Below are positions 11,001 to 22,587 of a DNA stretch of 64,000 nucleotides, one piece after another. This stretch comes from Schizochytrium sp. TIO01. Lineage: Eukaryota > Protista > Bigyra: Labyrinthulomycetes. Location of the stretch: assembly GCA_004764695.1 (NCBI GenBank), contig SMSO01000006.1, positions 697,859 to 761,858 of the forward strand, given 5' to 3'. A program made the translations under genes and the position numbers. Positions within the stretch are counted from its first letter, which is position 1, and every line of letters begins with the position of its first letter. The notes under the pieces were generated by a model. The model saw nothing but the letters and a program-made list of their open reading frames with translations, had not been told where the DNA came from and made no database searches.

Positions 11001-13058
11001 GTAAGTACTATTATGCACCACTAGTCTCCTGCGCCTGTGTTTTAGAGTCAATGATGATACCAAAGTTGTTTCTGCATCGATGAAGGCCTGTTACTAGAAA
11101 ACCCAAGGCGACTCGATGTAGATGCACTTCGTGACTGCACTGCAAAATACTCGATATCCATTACGGAGTCTCAAGATCTGCCATAGGGGCGATGACACGG
11201 AGTCTTTAAGGAGCTCTACATGTTTCGCTGTTCTCAGCGCAACGCTTTTCTCTCCCACTCCACACTAGGAGGATTCAGGGTTGTACATAGTGGTCCTCTC
11301 CTTCTCTGAGGTGGAAGGAAGCCACAGACTACGACAGTTTATTTCATTCCATAGCAGCTCTAAAAGTTACCTGTTACTACCTACTATAGTTATGTATTTA
11401 ATTTAAACATTTCTCATGGATGCTTATATATTTAAAAATAAATAAATAAATAAATAAGTGATAGGGTCGTCCAAAATTCAAAAAACGTTTTCAAAGTATT
11501 TTTAATTATTTTAAATCAGTTTATAATGTTGATAAAAATACATATCTTTAAGACACATTTTTGTATTTTTTATTACCTGTATAAAATCAAGAATGCACTT
11601 TCTTCCTCCGCTGATATTTTCAAATCATAAGGAAAAAAAAAAAAAAGCGGGATAAGAAGCTTTTACTTTAAAACAAAACAAAACAATTCTTTAAAACTAA
11701 ACTTAAACGTTTCAAACATTAAAAACAAAGCAGTTTTGGCAGCATCAAATGAAAACTTTGAACCAACCCAATAAAATAAAATACACGTCTTCGAACTTCT
11801 TCTGTACCTCTAGATGCGCCATCTTTTAATTGAAAAGGAACGAAACAACTGCTGAGAAGGTGAAAATGCAAAAGCTTCCTACATTCTAGCACAATAGAGG
11901 ACGAGGCAGGTCGGAGTGGTTACTTGTGAGATGTGGCACTTCGAAGCGACGAGTAGGCAATCGAAAGGCAGCCTTCGATCGGTTCGCTCATTCGTCGCAA
12001 GCACCAGCGAAGGAGAGAAGAACAGCGGTCTCTAAACAGAAACAGAGAATGAGTTCCCTTCGAGGCAGGAACAAAGAACACATGCTCCAGAGAAAACAGA
12101 CATAGACAGACCTGAGTGAGTGAGTGGATCAATGGGTGGATGCTTGGTTGGTCGCACAAGCACTAGCCCTCACACGCGCAGCGGTGGTATGTGTGTTCCG
12201 CGCTCTCTCGAATTTTCACGCAGAAGGTGAATGAACAAGAGAGCCAACTAATTTGAAAGTTTCTCTCAGGCCATGGCCATACAGAGACGAACGCTGCTCA
12301 TACTATGAACAATGTCCATACACTGCGCTATCAGCCTATGGTTCATGCTAGGCTAGTACCTACCTACTCCCTACCTACTTCTTGGCGAACGGGTCAATCA
12401 AATGTGAACAACTGTTGACGCGGTCTACTGCCTACTCGAGGGGTGAATAATTAGCTTTTAGTATATTGCATTGGGTTATCTATCTACGCTTGAGAGTGGA
12501 TTGTCTTGCTTTTTTGCTTTCCGTGACATGGTGTCATAAAGGTATAGGTGCATTGCTAACAATACAACAGTATGGGGGTTGTCATGAATCGAGTTGGATG
12601 CTGAGGCCAAGCATGGCTCAAGTTGGCGTTTATCACGTCTTACTCCGAAATCAAAGATGTATGTAGTGAGTGGCTGCCATGCGAATTTGATGCACAAGCA
12701 GTGGAACTTTATGGTAATTAGATTGTCGATCCCCAAAAGTTGTTATTGACGTCACTCATGCAAAAGCTGATACGGACATTGTAATTGGCCGAATATTCGC
12801 GCTCCTTGTCAATGAAGTCCATGCTCAAGTTCGAGTACGTATCACTGTGCAACTTTTGATTTTAGCAGTAGTAAGCAATTGGGGAAGCAAAGATTGCGCA
12901 AGGACTAGTCGTGGCTTGGTGAGTCAAATAGTTAATAACATGGACTGGGAGAAGGCCTCAAGGAAGTAAATGCGTACGAGGAATCGGGGGAGGTGTAGTC
13001 CACCAGTCTTCGGAACAGGCACTAGACATCGGATCAAGCTTGGCAGAGCCAATAGCTA

Positions 13059-15218
13059 GCACAAAGGCAACCAGTGCAAAATGCTATAACCTACTGGGCA
13101 AAATGTGGAGTCGGAGCCTGCATCATTTTGCCTCCGTGCAGCATTTGTTATTGCCCCGTCCAATACACTTGTAATATGCTTAGACAGTTCTCGCTTTTCC
13201 TGTAGTTCTGTTCATGATAATGGGGTCTCGTTTAGGAGTGTCGTAATACTTGTGAGAGGAATGATACACGGACACGCCAGAAAAATACTTCGATGATGCG
13301 GCAAACGTTGGTGAGGATTCTTTTGCTTGCATAGACAATATCTGCTATTGGATGAGTAGATTGGCTAATAAGTGACGGGTGCTACAAAAACTTAGTTTAG
13401 TTCGTCTGAAGAAGACTACCCTATAAAGTCTGATTCTTACTACCTCTTGTTAAGACTGATCAGACTTTGCTTATGTTACTTTGGACTACCAGATGAAGTA
13501 GATAACAAGGTTCTATGTACCTAACAAGTTGAACTCTTCTAACACTTTTTTACTCATCTCTTGCTACTACAATTGCTTATCTTCTGGCTAGTAATGGGCA
13601 TCAGAAGACAGTGTACTATTTTATTTCTCTCATACTTGCCAGTACTACCAACTACTTTTGTATGCATCCTCCGGGTACTTATTACATTTTGTTTCCGTGT
13701 AGCAAGATCCCCAGAGATTCATATGGGTTTGATACTGCTTCTGCTTTGCAGGCATGTTTAAAAGTGGATATCAAGTAGTAGATACATGAGCCGTTTTTTC
13801 GATCCCTTGCTTGCGTCCGCTTTGGTTCCTCTAAAAGAAGCTTGCTTTGCTGCCTACTTTGCCTACCTCCTTTGCTAGCCTGCTTTGCAAAACTAGTATG
13901 ATACTTAGTAGTACCTAGTTACCTACTAACCTAAAAGTCATTAGCGGACATTAACCTCGAACTGAATCTCTGCCGCAACCATATTTCGACACAAACGTGT
14001 CGGGCACGACAAGAGTGGTCGCTAGCAGGGAAGAAATCCTAGGTGCAGTTGTTTCAAAAACTGTTAGCATCGTTGGCAAATTATTTGTTTTCAGCCATCA
14101 GGTCCGCTGAAGGTATTTCTTGCATAAACATTCGCCAGTGAAACTGTCAATGCTACTCATCCACCTCTGTCCGGTGTGCATGATCCTATCACTGACATGA
14201 AATTTGCTTTCACTTCCTTTTCACCAAAGTGAAAGAAACCTGGAATCGAGACCGTCGGGTCGTCCTATGAGCCTTCTGTGTTCAGACGACCCTAGCGAGA
14301 TCTAGTTTCTTCATCTGCACTTTCTCATCAGAGTTTACAAGTCTTCATTTGCATAAACCACCTCTCTTTAAGTTCATTTCCTCAAGCTCTCATCAAGTAA
14401 TTTCACACTCTAGATATCTAGTAGTTTTTTTTGTTCTTTTTTCCCCCTGGCGTTTACTTTTTGAGGCTTTTTCCGTTCCTTCTAAATTGTGTTCGCCACT
14501 AGTTGATAATTCACACTAGTTAATGCCTAAACTACTGCATTAGTAGATGCATCCGATGCCACGCTAATATTTCCTGTCCAATCTGTGGCATCGTTTACTA
14601 AGTAAGGGGAACTTTCTTTTTATATCATAATCTTAGATAGAATACCTTGGCCCAGTGATGCTTTTACCTGAATTTTCCACTCAAGTTGAAGAATTTCAAC
14701 TCTATGCCTCTGACCAGGGAGCTTTGCCACTGCTATAGTATGTCTTCTTTTGGGTCGCTTCAGGTCGGATCGCCTTCTCATCAATAATGGACCTCTCCAA
14801 TCTAAAACATAAGCCCTTGTCTTTTGACTAACTCTGTGCTGATGCCTGCAAAGTCTACAAACACTATCGCCGTTGGTTAGTGTTTTTCCAATAAATACAT
14901 ACTATGACATCTTATGCGAATATTTTATCTTTGCCCCACAGTGCGTGCTGCTGGGCTTTCACAAGTCAACTACTAGTATTTTCCTTAGAGTCCACAATTA
15001 TGGAAAGTGTTTTATAAACTGTTGAAGGCAGCACGGGTCATATCACAAGCACGTCCAACCTGAAGAACTTTAGCAGTGCTGCGTCAAAGCAGTAAGCCAT
15101 GCGCCAGCATTCGAGCAGTTTCTGAGAGACTTCACACTAGGTATTTTGAAAGAACTTCTTCATCATCACTATCGCCACTTGGCTCTCTTGACGCGACTTG
15201 GAGGTTCAGAGCGGCACG
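13059..15218 (-). mobile_element. Probable heavily decayed non-LTR (LINE) retrotransposon ORF2 remnant
   Basis: Manual minus-strand translation across frameshifts gives degenerate motifs in LINE ORF2 order: RAALNLQVASREPSGD (15218-15171), *PVLPSTVYKTLSIIV (15040-14993), LLEKH*PTAIVFVDF (14894-14850), FAND (14080-14069), PYESLGILL (13726-13700), VIYFIW (13506-13489), IIEVFFWR (13297-13274), CPVGYSILHWLPLC (13100-13059). Motif spacing departs from canonical. Confidence 0.4.
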
Positions 15219-18200
15219 TTGAGCTTGGTTTACTCACTTGGCTCTTCAGTGATCTTGTTCGACATGAGGTGACGAACTGAAAAAGCTGTAATTCATGTAC
15301 GCACTCAAACAGTCGAGGTATAGCCATCCAGGATAGTTTACAAAATGTTTTGAAAGCAATTGCAAAAGATTGCGACCTGAGCGAAGCGAAGCTCTTAGCT
15401 GTTTTCCGTTGATCTCATGGGAATAAATTAATCGATGGGTACTGTTGTCCAACACAAGTTCTTGTTCAATATGAACTTGTTGTTGTTGCTACTGCTGACA
15501 ATGACAGCGTTTTATAGCCAAGGTGTTTCGCACGCACTCTCCACCGACTTTTGCTTCTGTGTTGGGCGCGTGGGCTGTTTACCGATCATTTGACGATGGA
15601 TAAACTGTCTTCAGGTGGATGGCTCGGTTGGTTGTCAAGTCTCATGCAATCATTCTCGAAGTGATTTCTCACGAACTGTTGGGCGAGCAATTCATTGAGC
15701 AGAAGCCATGAGCAGATGGACGCAAGGTGGGGGACATGCGGCCAGCACCTCAAAACAGCGCGGGGTGGGGGAGTCAATAGTCCCCTGTATAAGTGAGCTT
15801 TGACTTGTGCTCTCTCGAATGGCTCAGTAGTAAAAAAGAAAATGCCAGTGCGTGGAATTAAGAGCTGATTCGTGGTATGAGTGCGGTTTACAAGACCAGC
15901 AAGAAGTTGTCACAGAATATCAGTTGCAGCAACGCCAAATTTTATCAAAGAAAGGAAAGAATAGGTAAAACTTTGAATGTTTATACCCGCTTGCCTTACA
16001 TTTGGGCAGGCTGTATAGTTCTAAGACTAGTGCTACCTAGATGGTGCTACCCTGCTATTGATGAAATGCACCCTCCTGCGCAACTATATATTCCCTCTAT
16101 ACATAGGTACTGTTAGGCATAAGGATGCAGTTGAATTGATAAGGAAGGGATAAAAGGGAAAGGAATAACTGGAAGCGAAACATAGGAAAAGCCAAAATAG
16201 ATGTGCCTCTGACCATATAATTAAATAGATTGTTACAGTAGATGGGTGGTGATGATTCACTCAACATGGACTGCTGCAGCCTGTTGTGGAGGCGTCCGGT
16301 TGCACTAACCAGTGCTATGAATGTGGTGTTTTCCATAAGGTCTTGAGCTTTTGATTGCTGGACCTCTTTCCTTCCTGCTTGCCGCTATTACACTGTGCGA
16401 TTCGGACATTCTCACCTCCAGCTTCGTATTTTGGAAAGTCGCCACTTAAAAAACAATTTTAAAAATAGTATTAAAAAAGGGAGTCATGGGTGTCTTAAAT
16501 TGCATTTTGTACGTCTTAAAATTCAAGTTGCCCTTCCTGAAAGGGTTGACATCTTTACCGCTAAAAGAAAACAATACTTTTATTTATTAAAAATGAAAAC
16601 TATTAAAAACATACGAAATGTATTAATTGACAAATAAAATACACATTATATAATATGTTTTAAATTCAATGAAAACCTAAATAAATAAAATATTATTAAA
16701 AAAACTCAAATACATCAAAATAAAAATATAACGATACACTTTAAAAAAAAAAAACTAAAAAAAAACTAAAAAACCGTTAAATTTTAAAATTTATTTTAAA
16801 AATGTTTACCTTACCCCTAAAAAAATCCGCTGAAGCGATTATAAAAATAATGCAAGCAGATAAAAGAAAAAGTGATCAAACTTAGAGAGGGCTTTTGCGT
16901 TTTTGAGACAGACATGAACATTGCCCACACAAGACTGCCTATTCTAACCCTGTTATTTCCTCACAGACATGTCCATCCACTATCTCGGTTATGTGTCCGG
17001 CACGTGGGGGCACGAGAGTGGGTGTAGCTCTGGACTTCCAGGTTGGAGTGGTGTCGAATGCATTTCTGGAAGCCCTGCCTTCATTCTTGAATGCACTGGC
17101 ACACGCAAAAGTTCCCTTTCGAGCCATCTTCATGTCCGGATATTTTCTTCTCCTCACACATATATACATATCCATCCAATACAGCATTCCTTTTGGAACA
17201 GCAGATTCTGCGCAAGCAAGGAGTTTATGTTAATCAATTAAAGAATAATTCTAAATAAAGCCCAGTTTGAGGTGAGTGAATGGGCAGCACATGATAAACC
17301 ATCTGAGAGAGGGAGACTACTTGGTCGATATTTGCAACTCAGACACGCATGATCGATGTCTACATCTGAAACAGAGAACTTCGTGACTAGCCAAGCTAGC
17401 TAGCTAGTGTCTCACGGATAGTAAGTAGGAAGGGACTTTATTCCCCATATGCCAAAAGCGAAAGAAGGAAGGAAGGAAGGCAGAAATAAATAAATAAATA
17501 ATAAATAAATTAGTTAATTAATAAAGAAAGAAAGAAAGAAAGAAAGGTGCCTGCTTCTAGTTTCCCTTAAAATTCAGGACATTGCCAACCAATCTACCAA
17601 GATGGGAAGGTTGCGCGTAGAAGAAAAGGACGAGCACGGCGAAAAAGCAAAGATTGGTGAGCGATCGATGATAGGTGCATGAAACACACTCGAAGCTTCA
17701 GCTTCAAGTTATCCGCCTTTTGGCCACAGACGACTTGTTCGCTTTGGAAAGTGGCCATTTTCGACTTTGCTTACGTTCGAGAGCAGCTACGTGTATCTAG
17801 CTTACTAGAGCTATCGATCGCTACGCTCCGCTCGATGAAAATGCATATGCTCGACTGGTGGCAATTAATAGAAAAGAGGAAGACGGGGAAATGAACGAGT
17901 GAACGAGTGCATAATTGCTTAATTTTGCATAGACATGGCCCACATATCTATAATGACTAGACGTAATGGCCAGGCCACGAGATGAAATGAACGTTTATAT
18001 GGACAGAGCACTTCGCTCTGTAAGAGTGTAATTGCGGTCCATATAGAGTTTGTATGCATTTTGTTTGCGTCGCAGGTTAGCACAGCGAAGCGTGCGAATT
18101 TAGTTTCCAGCCTCCGTTGTAATGGCGTAGCACAGACATCTCCTTTCTGTTCAGTATTCAGGTTATTAATTATAACAAAAGGCACTCTTAACAAAAAGCT

Positions 18201-20062
18201 CCTGGAAAATAATATTCTGCTATATTACATGGTTCGAGGTCTCGCAACCTCTTGGAGAAATCTTTACTTTTGGTATTTATTTTTAAAGGAAAGAAAAAAA
18301 GATGATCAATGTTATGACTTATGACTACATATGAGCACTTTTTTCGTTGCATATCTTTTTTATTCTTTTTTGTTTTTCTGCTTATCTTATCATAGCATCA
18401 GAAATCTAATGCCGGGTACATCAACAGCGAGTGCATATCTAAAGAAAAAGACTAGTTGCCCCGCACGACTTGAACAGTTCTCAGAGAGGGCGATTACTCA
18501 CTGGAAGATTTTATCTGTGTTGCGAATCTCCTCCAGTAAAGCAATAAGCCCAATTCGTGTCAATGTTTTGTTTTTGCTTTGTATTTTTAATGAGCTAAAG
18601 AAGCACGTTATGGAAGTATCTTGAGCAAAAGGTTACCTTCGAATGTTCATGAGTATATCATTTTTATTTTAAATTTGTAAAATTTAAATTTAGTGAGAGT
18701 ATGTGCCCACTAATACCAATCGCGTCGAGTCAACTCAGTCTGAATCCTGCCCTGCTTCTTTTGTGAATTCCCGGCTCACGAATTTTCGGCCATAAGGACC
18801 AATTAAAAAAGGAAAAACTTTATACGTGTGTGTAATAAAGAATGCGCTCATCGACGCAGTTTGTTTGTCTAAACTCGTACCTGAACTGCTCCCACTCATA
18901 CAATGCATCAATCATGCTCTCTCTCTCTCTCTCTCTCGCGAAGTCCTGGCTAACTCGCTTCGAAGCAGCTTGCAGCAAGCAGTGCCATTGCGATCCTCAT
19001 TTCAAAACACCAAAAGGGAAACGAAACCAACCATTCTCGAGTTTTTTGGATGCAGGGAAAGAAAGCCTGAGGAATTCACAGATGCACACTGCCCCTCCAA
19101 AGAAGAAAAACGTGGTGTCAGAGCTCGTAAATGAAGAGTCTTTCTTCTGGCGATGTGCTGCGATGAGAGAGAGCCCATCCGCCATGCATCTCGTCCATTC
19201 CTCAACTGCCATCGCTGGCGCTGCACGGTCCTCTTTGCGTATCGGTGCTTGCACTCAGTTGATTCGCTGGTTGGTTGGTCACTTTATCGTTTCCGGCGTT
19301 GGCTTCTTTCTTCGTCTGCTGAGGTCACAGATTTCATGGGTTCATGACGAATCCTTTGCACATACATGAAACATGAAAAAAAATCATTCCAACTTAAAAG
19401 ACAGCTTAAGCTTAAGCTGTCTGCGTCCATCATCGCCACGCCGCGGTTCAGCCCTCTGCAAATAACGCAGATTGATCCGCAGGCCGTCGCTCTGAACACG
19501 ATGATTTCGCTTACCTCCGCCTCCGTTTCCCCCTTGGCTGCGGCGTCCGCTCTGTCCATGTCGAGAGCGGCACAGCTTTGCTCTCTCCTGCGCTGCCAAT
19601 CTGTTCTGTTCAGGCCCAAGCTCAGCGACGCGTAGATACAATGACACATATACGGATACATACATCTCTAAATACATCCATCCATGGACACAGTGATATA
19701 TAGATATATGGATAGATAGATACAGAGACACATGATCGATGTACCGAGAGATGGCCATTCTCAAGTGCATGCGATCTCGCCTAGCTGCCTTCTAGCGTCT
19801 TCTCTAGCAGTCCTGGGTCCAATCTTCTTGCCTCTCCTCTCTCCTTCGCGGCGTCATGCATCATCCATCATGCACCTGTCTCTCTCCCTTCCTCGCAGCC
19901 CATGGACGCCCTCTCCTTCGCGGCCTCCTGCCTGTGCGTCTGCGTGTCTGTCTGTCTGTCTGCCTGCGTGCCTGCCTGCCTGGCTGTCAGTTTACCCCTG
20001 CGCGGAGCGGCAGGCAGGCAGGGTCGTGCGCTGGGCCGAGAGTCAGGCCTCATGATCGTACG

Positions 20063-20140
20063 CTCTCTCTGTTCAAGTTCGTTCTCTCTGTTCAAGTTCT
20101 CTCTGTTCAAGTTCGTTCTCTCTGTTCAAGTTCGTTCTCT
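20063..20140 (+). repeat. Minisatellite TCTCTGTTCAAGTTC(GTTC) x4
   Basis: Directly visible tandem 15/19-bp units. Confidence 0.9.
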
Positions 20141-20240
20141 CCCATTCGTAGAACACTGACCAGAAGAAGTAAAGATCCATTCATTCCATTCATTGAGTCG
20201 TGGAGTAGGCCAGAGGCGCTGACTTCGTTCTGCTCTTCTG

Positions 20241-20280
20241 TCACTCACTCACTCACTCACTCACTCACTCACTCACTCAC
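20241..20280 (+). repeat. (TCAC)n microsatellite
   Basis: Directly visible. Related arrays lie near 22557, 31002, 38839 and 52963, and inverted near 12113 and 43217. Confidence 0.95.
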
Positions 20281-20654
20281 TGACTTACTCACTGAGCGAG
20301 CGACAGATTCCGTTTCGTGTCGTGCCTTGAAAAGCAGGCGGCCGGAGGCAAAGAAGCAGAGGGGAAAGGAGCAGAGAAGATGACGACAGAGAAAGAACGA
20401 GGGCAAGGAGGCCAGCCACTGTAGTAGCAGGCTAAAGCAGGCTAGAGCAGGCTAAAGCAGGCAGGCAAATAAAGGTTTTGAGGGGTGGGAGTTATGTTTA
20501 GGTATACCGGTTAGCTGCTGTAGCTGCGAATGGGTAGTGAGGCTGTTCTTCTTCGTAAAAGAACTGAAAGTAAGTAAGTAAGTAGTATAATAAAATGCCC
20601 CATCCGAGTCCGCTTATTTTTTTGTTTGACACCACGTACTATAAGCAAGAAAGA

Positions 20655-20685
<31 letters not shown>

Positions 20686-21310
20686 TTTTTAAATAAAAGG
20701 AAGAATAAAATACGGTTTTCTACTTTAATTAAAAAAAAGAGAAAATGAAACAAAGTGTTTTTTGTTTTGTTTTTTTTCCTTTTCGAAAGCTTCGATTTTA
20801 ATACAGATTCTATTTACTTCCTTTTCAAACTATTTATATCTAATTTTTGAAGTAATTGTAATAGCAATAATAATAAAATAGGGACATATGAAGTGATGTG
20901 TATATATGCAGCAGTGTGCTATGCTAGCTGTCCACTGCTAACCATAACTATAGTAGTAATGGTACATTTCGAATTTGCACAACACTCTTCAGCGACTTCC
21001 CAAAAGGACAAATGAATGTCGTCAATAGTCAATATATTGCAAAAAAGGCCTCCATAGAAATAATAATAGAGAGAAGATCTCGCGTTTTCCTCTAATCCCA
21101 ACATATCATATTACATGCTCCAGTTCGTCTATTTTGAGTCTTTCAATCGATAAGTGATCCTCTCCGCTTAAAACCCCATGTTCCCCCACTGTTCTTTTTT
21201 CCCGCCTGTCCTATTGCACTCCTACTGTTTCCCTCTAGGCCCGAAGTGCCTCGCCTCGCTCCCACCCAATGACACCCATGGACGTGACGGAGGGCGTTCG
21301 GCGATGCCAG

Positions 21311-21450
21311 TAATTAATTAATTATAAGGAAGGAAGGAAGGAAGGAAGGAAGGAAGGAGTAAGTAAGTAAGTAAGTAAGTAAGTAAGAAAGAAAGAAAGT
21401 AAGAAAGAAACAGGCCAGTGAGTAAGTAAGCCAGTAAGTAAGTTAGTTGA
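21311..21450 (+). repeat. Compound tetranucleotide array (TAAT)-(AAGG)-(AAGT)-(AAGA)
   Basis: Directly visible. Confidence 0.93.
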
Positions 21451-21884
21451 TTTATGAAGTAAAAGCAAGTGAGGAGTAAGCTCTCAAAAGACCGCCTTTC
21501 CTGTCCAAAGATCGCTCGCTTCCGGGCCAGGGCTCTCTGAGGCGTGTTGCTTTGCTTCGAGCCAAAGAAATAAAGGAACACTTTATTTATCTACTTATTC
21601 ACTGATTCTCAAGCTGAGCTGAGCTAGTATCTCGCGCGCCTGCACTTATCAAATTCAACTTGCAGAAAAGGCAGACAGGAAAAGGCAAATATTATGGTCC
21701 TTTCGGCCATGAACGAACGAATGAACGAATGAATGAATGCTTCGAGGCCAAGTTGAAGATTGCCGCCAACGACAACAACGACAACAGCGAAGAAGGCCAC
21801 GGCTTGGGCCCTCAGAGCAATTTCCCCTCAGCGATCGATACGCGAGGTTCGTTGAAATGAATGTCTCCGATCGATGAATCATTT

Positions 21885-21929
<45 letters not shown>
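21885..21929 (+). repeat. (AATC)n microsatellite
   Basis: Directly visible. Confidence 0.95.
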
Positions 21930-21930
<1 letters not shown>

Positions 21931-22506
21931 CGTTTTCACACAGGAGCAAAGGTGACCTCTCAGCAGCCATTGACGCATACATATGCTCGAACATCATAGC
22001 ACTGCCTAGTACTTACCTACCCAGGAACCCACTGGCAATGTACAAGCTCATGCACTAACCTTCTTTCTTACTTACTTACTTAGTTACCTCTAGAGAATGT
22101 CAGAGCATGGAAATGCGCACTTTTCGATCAAGATTGTTGGCGTGATACTACACGCAAATAAGGAGAAGGTAATACATAGCCTGTTAATATTGCTCCTACC
22201 AAACTGCAATACCTGCTACTTTATTGCGCTGCTCCGTTGAAGAAGAGAAAGATCCGATTATTTAGGGAGTTAACGCAGCCTCGCGTTCTGAAGTGTCACA
22301 TGCATTTAACAGCCATGGACAGAAGCGGACTTTGGTCTTGAAAAGAGGATAAAGCTCGCCTCGATAGAGAATACGTCTCGACTTCACGATCGATCGATCT
22401 TCCTCGTGCGAAGAAGATCTTTTGCTTTCGTACGTTTACTTTCAGGACCGGTCTCAGAAGAGACTGATTCCTCACGATTTGTAGCATCACCATTCAACCT
22501 ACCATC

Positions 22507-22587
22507 GTTCATTCAGCAGTTCATTCAGCAGTTCATTCATTCATTCATTCGCTCTCTCACTCACTCACTCACTCACTCACTCACTCA
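22507..22587 (+). repeat. Compound (GTTCATTCAGCA)-(CATT)-(TCAC) array
   Basis: Directly visible. Confidence 0.9.

Noticed and set aside
11462-14294. Apparent TIR pair TAGGGTCGTC / GACGACCCTA
   Set aside because: Only 10 bp match perfectly, which is expected many times by chance in 64 kb. There is no transposase between them.
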